A stretch of 64,000 nucleotides of DNA from Prochlorococcus marinus bv. HNLC2. Its GTDB lineage: Bacteria > Cyanobacteriota > Cyanobacteriia > PCC-6307 > Cyanobiaceae. The notes under the pieces are model-generated. The model saw only the letters and a program-made list of their open reading frames with translations. It did no database searches and was not told the origin of the DNA. The stretch is from assembly GCA_000218745.1 (NCBI GenBank), contig GL947595.1, positions 1,385,487 through 1,449,486 of the forward strand, written 5' to 3'. The translations under genes were made by a program, and so were the position numbers. This document shows, piece after piece, positions 25,366-35,901 of the stretch (the stretch's first letter is position 1; each line of letters opens with the position of its first letter).

Positions 25366-25611
25366 ATGGACATCTGTCTTCGTAATGTTGATAACAAATG
25401 CAACAAGTCAATAACACCTGGTAGTGTTCATGGCATGTTATGGTTACAAACCCATTTTGAAGACGAGCAATGGGAAGCTTTATCTGAGAGTAGAGTTACC
25501 ATTTCTGAAATTGATTCAAAACTATTATGCCAAGATGCTCATTTAGCAGGTTTAAAGGTTGAAAATATCTCAGAGGTTTCAATATTGGATGTTTTACCTA
25601 AAACAAATTAA
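25366..25611 (+). CDS. Conserved picocyanobacterial hypothetical protein upstream of glnB
   Basis: SVHGMLWLQTHFEDEQWEAL...LCQDAHLAGL; 26 bp from the glnB start. Confidence 0.8.
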   Translation: MDICLRNVDNKCNKSITPGSVHGMLWLQTHFEDEQWEALSESRVTISEIDSKLLCQDAHLAGLKVENISEVSILDVLPKTN

Positions 25612-25631
25612 AATAAAATCAAAATTTTTGA

Positions 25632-25976
<345 letters not shown>

Positions 25977-25983
25977 TACGAGC

Positions 25984-26799
25984 TTAAATTAGAGTATCTT
26001 CTACTAATTTATTTAAAAAAACCTGATCAATTGAAGTATTAGCTAATTCTCTATCACTTATCCATATCAAATATTCATGATTACCTGCAGGGCCTACCAA
26101 TGGAGAAGCAACCAATCCATTTATATGCCAATCCAGTGAAATCATTGAATCAATTACTGATTGTAAAGCAAATATATGATGTTTTTTTTCTTTGACAACC
26201 CCTCCCTTACCAACAATTTCTTTACCAACCTCAAATTGAGGTTTAATAAGAAATACTCCTTCAAAAAAATTTTTTTTCATTAGATTTCTTATTGGTTTTA
26301 AAACATACTTCAATGAAATAAAAGAAAGATCAGCAACAACAAAATTGGGTAAATCATTCTCATTAGAGAATATTCTTGAAGGATCAAGATATCTAATATT
26401 TGTTCTTTCATAAAGTATTACCCTAGGATCATTTCTTATATTCCAAGCAGTTTGTCCATATCCAACATCAATTCCATAAATTAATTTTGCTCCATTTTTT
26501 AATAAACAATCAGTAAAACCACCTGTTGATATACCAACATCCATACATATCCTATCTCTGACATTAATAGGAAATTCTTTAAATGCCATAGATAATTTTT
26601 CACCTCCTCGAGAAACAAATTGAGGTGAAGCTGATAAGTTTATTTCAGATTCAATGAAAACTTGTTGTCCAGGTTTATCTAATATTTTTCCATTCTTATC
26701 TTTGACCTTACCTGCAAGAATATATCTTTGCGCTATTTGCCTAGAATTTACTAAGCCCTTACTTGTTAAATAAACATCTAGTCTAATTTTTTTATTCAT
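25984..26799 (-). CDS. tlyA: TlyA-family RNA 2'-O-methyltransferase (S4 + FtsJ domains)
   Basis: RLDVYL, FVSRGGEKL, DVGISTGGFTDCLL, IDVGYGQ, ADLSFISL, IKPQFE, GNHEYL. Confidence 0.92.
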   Translation of the reverse strand: MNKKIRLDVYLTSKGLVNSRQIAQRYILAGKVKDKNGKILDKPGQQVFIESEINLSASPQFVSRGGEKLSMAFKEFPINVRDRICMDVGISTGGFTDCLLKNGAKLIYGIDVGYGQTAWNIRNDPRVILYERTNIRYLDPSRIFSNENDLPNFVVADLSFISLKYVLKPIRNLMKKNFFEGVFLIKPQFEVGKEIVGKGGVVKEKKHHIFALQSVIDSMISLDWHINGLVASPLVGPAGNHEYLIWISDRELANTSIDQVFLNKLVEDTLI

Positions 26800-26890
26800 T
26801 CAGCCATAAAATGAGAAGTTGTTTTAGTAGATATTTAATAAGAAAGAATATAAATTTAAATGGTTGGCCTTTGATTTTAATTAAAATCAA
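26792..26890 (-). CDS. Candidate 32-aa hydrophobic small protein coupled to tlyA
   Basis: TTG-start ORF MILIKIKGQPFKFIFFLIKYLLKQLLILWLNE; its stop overlaps the tlyA ATG (ATGAATAA). Confidence 0.3.
   Translation of the reverse strand: MILIKIKGQPFKFIFFLIKYLLKQLLILWLNE
26871..26890. repeat. Perfect 20-bp palindrome in the tlyA/purB divergent region
   Basis: TTGATTTTAATTAAAATCAA is its own reverse complement. Confidence 0.85.
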
Positions 26891-27031
26891 TTTACATACT
26901 TCATATAATAAATTTATATAAATTAGTAATTGTTAGCTTAGTAAGACATTTTATCTTATTTCAATTAGTTAACAAAATTTTGAGCCAGCTAATCAAATAA
27001 GTTGTAAATTTAAATGAGAATTTATTAAATA

Positions 27032-28327
27032 ATGATTGAACGCTACACACTACCTGAAATGGGAGAAATTTGGTCTGAGAACTCAAAATTTCAAACTTGG
27101 CTAGATGTTGAATTAGCTGCTTGCCAAGCAAATTTTGAACTTGGTAAGATCACTAAAGAAGACTTGGATCAGATCAAAACTAAATCTAAATTTAATGTTG
27201 AAAGAATTAAAGAAATTGAAAAAGAAGTAAAACATGACGTCATAGCTTTCCTTACAAATTTAAATGAATATGTAGGTGATGCTGGAAGATTTATACATGT
27301 AGGTATGACAAGCAGTGATATTCTTGACACTGGACTTTCCTTACAACTAAGAGAATCATGTAACTTGTTAATCAATGAAATAGAGGAGTTAGAAAATTCC
27401 ATAAGAAATTTAGCAAGCCAGCATAAAGATACTTTAATGATTGGAAGATCTCATGCTATTCATGGTGAACCAATTTCATTTGGATTTAAATTAGCAGGAT
27501 GGTTAGCAGAAGTAATAAGAGATAAAAAAAGATTAAAGGATCTAAAGAGAAATATTTCAATTGGCCAAATTAGTGGTGCCATGGGAACATATGCCAACAC
27601 AGATCCAAAAGTAGAGGAAATAGCCTGTAATATTCTTAATTTAAAAGTTGATGAAGCCAGTACACAAGTAATCTCTCGTGATAGGCATGCTGAATATGTT
27701 CAAGTCATAGCCTTGATTGGCGCTTCTTTGGATCGATTCGCAACTGAGATAAGAAATCTTCAAAGAACTGATGTTTTGGAAGTAGAAGAGGGTTTCTCAG
27801 AGGGCCAGAAAGGTAGTTCTGCAATGCCTCACAAAAGAAATCCAATAAGAAGCGAAAGAGTAAGTGGATTATCAAGAATTTTGAGAAGTTATGTAAACAC
27901 TTCTTTAGAAAATATTTCTCTATGGCATGAAAGAGATATAAGCCATAGCTCAAATGAAAGAATCATGTTACCAGATGTTTCTATTTGCTTGCACTTTATG
28001 CTGAGAGAAATGAGCGAGATTATAAAAAATCTAAAGGTTTATCCCAAAAACATGCTAAATAATATAAACATCTATGGTGGTGTAATTTTTAGTCAAAAAG
28101 TTCTTTTATTACTTGTTGAAAAAGGGATGTCAAGAGAATCAGCATATCGAATAGTTCAGAAAAATGCCCACTCTGCATGGAATAATGAAAACGGAAATTT
28201 CAAAAACAATCTTGAGAAAGATTTAGATATAAATAAATTGGTAACCTTAGATGAATTAGAAAAATGTTTTGATCCTAAAATTCATTTAAGCAATTTGAAT
28301 ATAATATGGGAGAGATTAAGCATCTAA
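27032..28327 (+). CDS. purB: Adenylosuccinate lyase
   Basis: MIERYT, KHDVIAF, HVGMTSSD, GRSHAIHGEP, GSSAMPHKRNP, WHERDISHSS. Confidence 0.97.
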   Translation: MIERYTLPEMGEIWSENSKFQTWLDVELAACQANFELGKITKEDLDQIKTKSKFNVERIKEIEKEVKHDVIAFLTNLNEYVGDAGRFIHVGMTSSDILDTGLSLQLRESCNLLINEIEELENSIRNLASQHKDTLMIGRSHAIHGEPISFGFKLAGWLAEVIRDKKRLKDLKRNISIGQISGAMGTYANTDPKVEEIACNILNLKVDEASTQVISRDRHAEYVQVIALIGASLDRFATEIRNLQRTDVLEVEEGFSEGQKGSSAMPHKRNPIRSERVSGLSRILRSYVNTSLENISLWHERDISHSSNERIMLPDVSICLHFMLREMSEIIKNLKVYPKNMLNNINIYGGVIFSQKVLLLLVEKGMSRESAYRIVQKNAHSAWNNENGNFKNNLEKDLDINKLVTLDELEKCFDPKIHLSNLNIIWERLSI

Positions 28328-28386
28328 TAAAATTATTTTTTAAATAACTATTATTTGAAAACATTTCTTGAACTCAATTTGAATAA

Positions 28387-29772
28387 ATGAAAGAAGATTT
28401 TAGATTAGAGAAGGATAGCCTTGGGAGCATAAAAGTTCCGATAGATAAATTTTGGGGTGCACAAACTCAAAGATCAATAAAAAACTTTTCGGTTGGGGAT
28501 GAATTAATTCCTTTAGATATTATTTATTCATTAACACTCATAAAAAAAGCAGCTGCTATTACAAACTTTGATTTAGGGATTTTAGAGTCTTCTAAAAAAG
28601 ACTTAATTATCTTATCTTGCGATGATATTTTAAATGGAATGTTCGATGATCAGTTTCCATTAAAGATTTGGCAGACAGGCAGCGGAACTCAAACCAATAT
28701 GAATGTTAACGAGGTTATATCAAATATCGGCGCCCTTAAAAATGGTTCTGAGATAGGAAAAAATAACCCTCTCCATCCAAATGATGATGTCAATAAATGT
28801 CAGTCTACAAACGATACTTTCCCTGCAGCAATTCAAATTAGCGTTGCTAAAGAAATAAATAATAAATTATTTCATTCCATAGACAAAATTTATGAGAGTC
28901 TTGAAAGTAAAAAGGAAGCATGGAAAAGTTTCATAAAAATTGGAAGAACTCATTTTCAAGATGCAGTGCCAATAACTTATGGTCAAGAAATATCAGCATG
29001 GTCTGATCAAATCAAGCAATCAAAAGAATCGATTCTTAAAAGCATGGAGGATTTATATCAATTGCCTTTAGGAGGCACAGCTGTAGGAACAGGAATAAAT
29101 TGTCCTCGGACTTTCAGCGAAAAGACAATCAGATTTATATCTAAAGAAACCAATTTGCCTTTTAAAAAATCAGATAATTATTTTTCTTTAATGTCTTCAC
29201 ATGACCGTTTGGCAAATATTATGAGTCAATTAAAAAATCTTGCTTGTTCCTTATTTAAAATTTCTAATGATATAAAGATATTATCTTCTGGTCCAAGATC
29301 AGGTATTTATGAATTACTTATACCTCAAAACGAACCAGGAAGTTCTATCATGCCAGGAAAGGTGAATCCAACTCAATGTGAAGCACTTTCAATGATTTGT
29401 GCTCAAATAATGGGGTTAGATTATTCAGTATCTATTGCAAATTGTAGTGGGACTTTGCAAATGAACGAATACAAACCTTTAATAGGATTTAATATATTAA
29501 AAAGTATCAATCTACTTTCCGAGGGAATAAATAATTTTAGGGTTAATTTAATTGAGGATATGAAACCAAACTTAAAAATTGCAAAATATAATTTAGAAAA
29601 CTCATTAATGCTAGTTACAGCCCTTGTGCCTGAGATAGGCTATGAAAAAGCAGCTGAGATTGCAAAACTTGCTTATGATGAAAACTGTAAGCTTAAAGAA
29701 GCTGCAATTAAATTAGGATATCTAAACGAAGAAAAATTTGATTCCTTAATAAAAGCTGAGAAAATGATTTAA
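28387..29772 (+). CDS. fumC: Class II fumarate hydratase
   Basis: WGAQTQRS, QTGSGTQTNMN, HPNDDVN, KIGRTHFQDAVP, GSSIMPGKVNPTQCE. Confidence 0.96.
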   Translation: MKEDFRLEKDSLGSIKVPIDKFWGAQTQRSIKNFSVGDELIPLDIIYSLTLIKKAAAITNFDLGILESSKKDLIILSCDDILNGMFDDQFPLKIWQTGSGTQTNMNVNEVISNIGALKNGSEIGKNNPLHPNDDVNKCQSTNDTFPAAIQISVAKEINNKLFHSIDKIYESLESKKEAWKSFIKIGRTHFQDAVPITYGQEISAWSDQIKQSKESILKSMEDLYQLPLGGTAVGTGINCPRTFSEKTIRFISKETNLPFKKSDNYFSLMSSHDRLANIMSQLKNLACSLFKISNDIKILSSGPRSGIYELLIPQNEPGSSIMPGKVNPTQCEALSMICAQIMGLDYSVSIANCSGTLQMNEYKPLIGFNILKSINLLSEGINNFRVNLIEDMKPNLKIAKYNLENSLMLVTALVPEIGYEKAAEIAKLAYDENCKLKEAAIKLGYLNEEKFDSLIKAEKMI

Positions 29773-29782
29773 ATTTTCAATA

Positions 29783-32512
29783 TTAATTCTCAGTTCTTTC
29801 CGTAGCTGGATTAATATTGCTAGCTTCTGATTTTCTAAAGAGTTCATCTGATTCCGAGACAGGGAACCTATTTATTGCCTTTAAAGTTAAATTAGCGTTT
29901 CTTTTAAGTTTATTACTTGCACCTAAACAATATTTAATTTGAGAAAGAATATCAATTGTCCTTCTCATAATCCTTACAATATCGCCTTCGTCTAAAGAGG
30001 TATTAAAAACAATATCCCGCCATTTTTTTCCTTTAGCCCACTCTGATATTATTCCTGTTAACTCTTTCTCAAAATGGATAGGGACATCAATCATATATTT
30101 ACTTTGCTGATTAATTATTAATTTTTTTATTCCTTCTAATTCATTTAAAACCTCATTAACTTTTATAGAAGATTTAAAATTGCACCAATTATCTGGTCTT
30201 CTAACTTCAACAGATATAGCTTGAATAACTGAAGCTAATTCAGGAGGATCTAGATCATCCAAATAACCACTAACTAATACCATCCCAACCCATAATTCAT
30301 TTTCTGTTCTTAATGTACTGATAGATTTACCTAGATTAGTTAAATCTAAATTTTCTAAACATCCAAAATAATTTAATATTTCAATTAAATCTGTAAATTT
30401 CTTCCAATTATAATTTTCTTTATCTTCAAAAATTTTATTTTTTTCCTTAATCTCTTTTTCTATAAAAATAATTTTATTTCTATATTTTTTTAATTTTTTA
30501 AAATCACCAATCTTATCTACAGGATGTTTAGTTATTTCATACTCTAAATTTTTTATTAAATTACTTTGATTCTTTACTTCAAGTGCTAAATCATATTGTG
30601 GTGTAATAAGATCATGAATTTTTGATATAGATATAATTTGATCAACAAAAAGCTTTGAGCTTTCATCACCTCGAATAATTTCACCTGAGAAAAACATTTC
30701 TGGTATATCTAAGTTTGAAATATCTAAATTATCAATATCAGGGAAAATATTTACTATAAAATTAGGTTTTATAAGAATAAAAATATTATTACTTGTTAAA
30801 CAAAGTAAACTAATTATTTTTTTTGATTTATAGTTTTTTTTGCAAATAACTGCAGGCAAAATTTTTCTATTTATTTGCGGAACTTTTATCGAAATCAAAC
30901 TTCCAATTTTTAGAAATTCAACCGCAATTACTATTTCTTCTATTAATTTCTCTGAGGCTTGTTTTTCTAAGATCTTTAGTAATCTTCTCTCCTCCTTAAT
31001 ACGACCTTTTAATTTTTCATAATTATCAAAATCATTCCATGAAATATTTTTAGTTATATTTTTTAGATTTTTTAATTCTTTTTCTAAAATATTAATTTTA
31101 TTATTATCTTGTGATGAATCTTCCATATAAATAAAACTGCCAAAACTTCGCTTTATTAGCTCTTTTGATTTTTCAAGATTATAGTTTTGCAAAAGATTTA
31201 AAACCATTCCATAACTAGGAGTAAATTGGCTCACTAAATCATTTGGTTTACTAACAGCTAAATCAGAAGCTTCTTTAGCTCCTTCAAATCTACTTTGTAC
31301 TGTTACAACATATCCTTGTTTGTCTTTACCTCTCCTTCCTGCCCTTCCTGACATTTGCAAAAACTCACTACTAAACAAAAGCCTGTGGCCATCTTCAGTG
31401 CGTTTTGAAAGTGAAGAAATTACTGTTGTTCTTGCTGGCATATTAATACCCGCAGCTAAAGTTTCTGTAGCAAATACAACTTTAATTAATCCTTCTTGAA
31501 ATAATTCCTCTACTAATTCTTTCCATGCAGGAAGTAATCCAGCATGGTGCGATGCGATACCTCTTTTAAGAGCATCAAAATGTATTTTATTTTTTATAGC
31601 TTCTCTATTATTTTTTTCATAAAGACTTAATTTTTGAGATATTTTATTAGCCTCAGAGTAATTAACAAGAGATAAATCCTTTATGTATTCAATCGCTTTA
31701 TCACAACCTTTTCTACTAAAAATAAAATATATTGCTGGCAACAAATCTCTCTCTGCAAGCTTTTCAACAACAAATGATATGGGGGGAGATTTCGGTTGAT
31801 TAACACGTCCATATTTACTTCTCTTCTTTTGCCCTTTTGGTGCTCTCCAAACTTTACAATTAGGGTGTATACCATTCCTTTTTTCGTTCAAAAGAGGATG
31901 TAATCCTTTCGCACTACAAAATAAAAAATCTAATGGTACTGGTCTTATATAACTATTTATTAAAACAGTAGGTCCATGAATCTTATTAATCCAATTATTT
32001 AATTGACTAGAATTGGCTATTGTTGCCGATAGCGCTATTATTTGAGTTCTTGTAGGGCAATGTATAATAGTTTCTTCCCATACTGTTCCCCTTTGGGGAT
32101 CATTCATATAATGACATTCATCAAGGATAACGGACTCTAAATTTATTAAAGGATCATCAAAATCATCAAATTCTCCATAAAGCATATTCCTAAAGATTTC
32201 TGTTGTCATTACTAAAATAGGGGCATCCCTATTGATACTTAAATCACCAGTTAATAGTCCTACTTTTTTATCTCCAAATTGAAAAGAAAAATCTCTAAAT
32301 TTTTGATTTGATAAAGCCTTTAATGGAGTGGTATAAAAAACTCTACTTTTATGCGATAAAGCCCTATGTATAGCAAATTCCCCTAAGATAGTCTTACCCG
32401 AACCTGTTGGCGCAGTAAGTACAATAGAATTACCACTATTAATAGCTCTTATTGCTTCAACTTGAAAATCATCTAGAGGAAATGGAAAAATTTCCTCTAA
32501 ATTATTTATTAT
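29783..32512 (-). CDS. Ski2/HelY-like DExH-box RNA helicase; start codon unresolved
   Basis: The frame is open about 100 codons upstream of the track ATG (32209), giving FPFPLDDFQ, APTGSGKT and TTPLKALSNQK, followed by LDECHYM, LSAT, ATETLAAGINMPA and QMSGRAGRRG. Confidence 0.88.
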   Translation of the reverse strand: MINNLEEIFPFPLDDFQVEAIRAINSGNSIVLTAPTGSGKTILGEFAIHRALSHKSRVFYTTPLKALSNQKFRDFSFQFGDKKVGLLTGDLSINRDAPILVMTTEIFRNMLYGEFDDFDDPLINLESVILDECHYMNDPQRGTVWEETIIHCPTRTQIIALSATIANSSQLNNWINKIHGPTVLINSYIRPVPLDFLFCSAKGLHPLLNEKRNGIHPNCKVWRAPKGQKKRSKYGRVNQPKSPPISFVVEKLAERDLLPAIYFIFSRKGCDKAIEYIKDLSLVNYSEANKISQKLSLYEKNNREAIKNKIHFDALKRGIASHHAGLLPAWKELVEELFQEGLIKVVFATETLAAGINMPARTTVISSLSKRTEDGHRLLFSSEFLQMSGRAGRRGKDKQGYVVTVQSRFEGAKEASDLAVSKPNDLVSQFTPSYGMVLNLLQNYNLEKSKELIKRSFGSFIYMEDSSQDNNKINILEKELKNLKNITKNISWNDFDNYEKLKGRIKEERRLLKILEKQASEKLIEEIVIAVEFLKIGSLISIKVPQINRKILPAVICKKNYKSKKIISLLCLTSNNIFILIKPNFIVNIFPDIDNLDISNLDIPEMFFSGEIIRGDESSKLFVDQIISISKIHDLITPQYDLALEVKNQSNLIKNLEYEITKHPVDKIGDFKKLKKYRNKIIFIEKEIKEKNKIFEDKENYNWKKFTDLIEILNYFGCLENLDLTNLGKSISTLRTENELWVGMVLVSGYLDDLDPPELASVIQAISVEVRRPDNWCNFKSSIKVNEVLNELEGIKKLIINQQSKYMIDVPIHFEKELTGIISEWAKGKKWRDIVFNTSLDEGDIVRIMRRTIDILSQIKYCLGASNKLKRNANLTLKAINRFPVSESDELFRKSEASNINPATERTEN

Positions 32513-32646
32513 TTCAGAATGAGAAAAGGACGAGTTAACTACTTAAAATATGATCTACTTAAATACTAATAAATACAATAATTATTGTGCAATCATTAAT
32601 AATAAAATCAATATCTTTGTATTAAATTTCTTTTGAAATAATCAAA

Positions 32647-33787
32647 ATGAACCTTAAAAAAATTCCCTCTAACAGAATTAGAAAACTTAGAACCTTATCA
32701 TTAGGTAAAGAAGAATACACATTTTGTGATTTAAAACATGGGTCTTCAATAGAACTAATTGACTTATGCAGTAACGATTATTTTGGTTTAAGTAGAGATA
32801 TAGATATTATAAATGCGGCTTACAATTTAACTCTCAAAGAAGGACTTAGGATCAGGAAGTTCTAGATTCATAAGTGGTTCTAGACCGATTCATGAATTAT
32901 TAGAAAAGAAATTATCCGAATGGTTAAATCAAGAAAAAGTACTACTATTCCCAAGTGGATTTCAAGCAAATATAGCTGCTATTCAAACTCTTGCTGATAG
33001 AAATAGTATTATAATTGCCGATAAACTCATACATAATTCTCTTTTAGTTGGTGCTCAAACATCTGGATCCAAACTGATTAGATTTCTTCATAATAATTTA
33101 AATGATTTAGAAAAAAAACTCTCAAAATTTACTTCACAAAAAAAATCAATTTTAGTAGTTGTAGAATCTTTATATAGTATGGAAGGTAGTATTGCACCAA
33201 TAAAAGAAATTTCAGAAATTTGTAAAAGATATGGCGTTAAATTATTAGTAGATGAAGCTCATTCTATAGGTATTTTGGGAAATGAAGGTAGGGGATTATG
33301 TAATAAATTAACTAATGATATAAGCATGATTAGTGGAACTCTTGGCAAATCATTTGGTAGTGGTGGGGCATTTCTTGCATGTAATTCCAAAGTTGCTGAT
33401 CAAATTATTCAAACTTGTGGGGCTTTTAGATATACAACAGCTTTAGCTCCCACTCTTGCTGCAGGAGCTCTTAAATCACTTGAAAAGATAAAAACAAATA
33501 AGACATGGGGAAAAGATCTTATACGTGCTTCTAAAGAATGGAAAGATGAAATTAGTAAACTTAATAAATACTCAATAAAAGGAGATTGCCAAATTTTATC
33601 AATAATTATTGGTGATGAAGATCAAACAATGCGCATGCAAAAATATCTTGAAGAGCAAGGTTTTTTAGCTATTGGAATAAGACCTCCAACTGTTCCTTAT
33701 GGGCAATCAAGGATAAGAATTACTATACGAAGAACATTAAATAAAAAGATTCTAGAGAAATTTATTTTAGCTTTAAAAAATTTTTAA
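32647..33787 (+). CDS. bioF: 8-amino-7-oxononanoate synthase, with one +1 frameshift near 32845-32848
   Basis: DLCSNDYFGL; the shifted frame gives GSGSSRFISG, FPSGFQAN, DKLIHNS, ESLYSMEG, VDEAHSIG, GTLGKSFG and IRPPTVP. Span 1141 = 3n+1. Confidence 0.92.
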
Positions 33788-34491
33788 ATGAACCAAATTA
33801 TCTCACAACATGGTTGGGCATTTGATAGTAGTTTATGGAAAGAATTAAAAAAAATATATATAAAGAATAATTGGATATGGCAAGATGGCGAAAGAGGTTA
33901 TTTTAATAAAACATTAGTATCTCCAAAATGGATAAATAATAATTCAAACAAAGGAAAAAATATAATAATCATTCATTCATTAGGAATACATTTAATAGAT
34001 AAAAATACTCTTATAAATGCCTCACATGCAATATTTATAAATTCCTTTTATCAATTTATACCTGATAATAAAGATAGAAAATTAATAATAAAATCACTAG
34101 AAAGAATGAAAAAAAAATTAAATAATCAAGAAATTAAACCTATGCTTAATGAATTTTATAAAAACTCATTTTTTCCAAATGAAATTAATTTAAATTTTCA
34201 AAAAACAATTTCTAGTAAATTTGATAATGCAAATATATCTCATTTAAAAAGTGATTTTGATAAATTAAGTATAAATAACAAACCACCCTTATTAGTTTCT
34301 AAAGATTGTAATGTATTAATAATAAAATCTATTAGTGATCGGATTTTAAATAATAATTCTTCAACAAGTTTTATTGAATTAATGAGTAAAACACAAACAA
34401 AAAACCAAGGATTTTAGAGATTGAGAATCAGGGTCATATAATTAATAATTATAAGATTTTTAATTTAATTGATAATTGGATTAAAAATTAA
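33788..34491 (+). CDS. bioK: Pimeloyl-ACP methyl ester esterase (BioK/BioH-type alpha/beta hydrolase), with one -1 frameshift at the A-run 34399-34404
   Basis: QHGWAFD and nucleophile elbow IHSLG. Adding one A extends the frame through PRILEIENQGHII to TAA at 34489-34491, 1 nt before the bioC ATG. Sits between bioF and bioC. Confidence 0.7.
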
Positions 34492-34492
34492 T

Positions 34493-35254
34493 ATGATTGA
34501 TAAATTTTCAACTGAAATAATAAAAAATAACTTTAATAATGCTGCATTAGATTATTCACATTATTCTTTAATTCAAAAATATTTTTCTAAAAGAATAGTT
34601 CATCAATTAAAAAAACTTGAAATTCCAGAAGGGGATTGGTATGATCTTGGCTCTGGCACAGGATTTTTAGCAGATCAGATAGAAGAATTTTCGAAAAAAA
34701 AAGTTACTAGAGTTGACTTTAGTGCAAAAATGCTTTTCAAAAATAAAAAAGAAAGTAAAAAATTATTATGGGATTTAAATAACGATTTACCTCTCTCCAA
34801 TCAAAAAATATCCCTTTTAGTTTCCAATTTTTGCTTACATTGGCTAGAAGAACCTAAATTAAAAATAAAAAATTGGTTTAATCTACTTATACCGGGAGGT
34901 TATTTAATAATTTCAGTTCCTACAAATAAATGCTTTCCTGAATGGAGATTAACTTGTCAGAAAAAAAATATTGAATATAGCGGTATAAATTTTCTCAAAA
35001 CTAAAGAATTAGCCGATATATTTTTAAAGAATGAAATAATCACGTTAGATATAGTTTCTTATAAAGAAGAATTTGATAACGTTTTTGATTTATTTAGAAA
35101 TATTATAAATATGGGTGCTCAATATACCCCCAGGAAAAGAAAGACTGTTAAAGAATTAAGATTAATGCAAAATTATTGGCCTAGAAACAAGAATAAAAAA
35201 GTAGACCTAACATGGGAGATAGGAATCTTAATTTTAAAAAAATATGAGCTTTAA
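34493..35254 (+). CDS. bioC: Malonyl-ACP O-methyltransferase
   Basis: FNNAALDY, DLGSGTG, VDFS, SNFCLHW, LIPGGYL. The ATG at 34493 is preferred over the TTG at 34469. Confidence 0.85.
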   Translation: MIDKFSTEIIKNNFNNAALDYSHYSLIQKYFSKRIVHQLKKLEIPEGDWYDLGSGTGFLADQIEEFSKKKVTRVDFSAKMLFKNKKESKKLLWDLNNDLPLSNQKISLLVSNFCLHWLEEPKLKIKNWFNLLIPGGYLIISVPTNKCFPEWRLTCQKKNIEYSGINFLKTKELADIFLKNEIITLDIVSYKEEFDNVFDLFRNIINMGAQYTPRKRKTVKELRLMQNYWPRNKNKKVDLTWEIGILILKKYEL

Positions 35255-35894
35255 AAATAATCTTAAATTGATAATTTGCGGAACTGATACAGATGTTGGA
35301 AAAACTCTAATAAGTTCATTTTTCGTAAGAGGATTACAATCTTTTTACTGGAAGCCAATACAATCAGGAATAGATACAGAAACCGATAGTCAATCAATTT
35401 TAAGATTAAGTGGAATAAAAAAAGAGAAGATTTTGAAGGAAGCCTATATTTTTAAAAAACCAGTATCTCCTCATTGGGCTGCTGAAATAGATGGAAAGAA
35501 AATTGATATAAACTTATTAAATTTGCCATCAATTGATGGTTCTCTTGTTGTTGAAACAGCTGGAGGATTAATGGTACCTATTACGAGAAATTTTTTGCAA
35601 ATTGACCAAATACGAAAGTGGAATTTACCTGTCATAATCGTTTGCAGAAGTTCTTTAGGAACTTTGAATCATACTTTATTAACTATAGAAGCTCTTAAAA
35701 AAAGGAATATAAAAATATTAGGTTTAATAATTAATGGTGAAAAACATTTGGATAATCCTAAAACTCTAAGGGAATTTAGCAAATTACCAATTATTGCTGA
35801 ATTTCCAAGACTAAATAATGTAGATAAAAATAATTTAGATAGACTATGGCAAGAACTAAATATAGAAAAAAATTTAGCATCTATTATTAATTAA
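35244..35894 (+). CDS. bioD: Dethiobiotin synthetase
   Basis: GTDTDVGKT, YWKPIQSG, VETAGGLMVP, LGTLNHTLLT. Confidence 0.96.
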   Translation: MSFKNNLKLIICGTDTDVGKTLISSFFVRGLQSFYWKPIQSGIDTETDSQSILRLSGIKKEKILKEAYIFKKPVSPHWAAEIDGKKIDINLLNLPSIDGSLVVETAGGLMVPITRNFLQIDQIRKWNLPVIIVCRSSLGTLNHTLLTIEALKKRNIKILGLIINGEKHLDNPKTLREFSKLPIIAEFPRLNNVDKNNLDRLWQELNIEKNLASIIN

Positions 35895-35901
35895 GCAAAA
35901 C

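Noticed and set aside
26811-26921. 36-aa plus-strand ORF in the tlyA/purB intergenic region
   Set aside because: No motif, no coupling to a neighbour and AT-driven composition; it conflicts with the better-placed minus-strand candidate.
29783-32209. Helicase as a truncated or frameshifted pseudogene
   Set aside because: Manual translation shows the frame continues without interruption upstream of 32209; only the start codon is unresolved.
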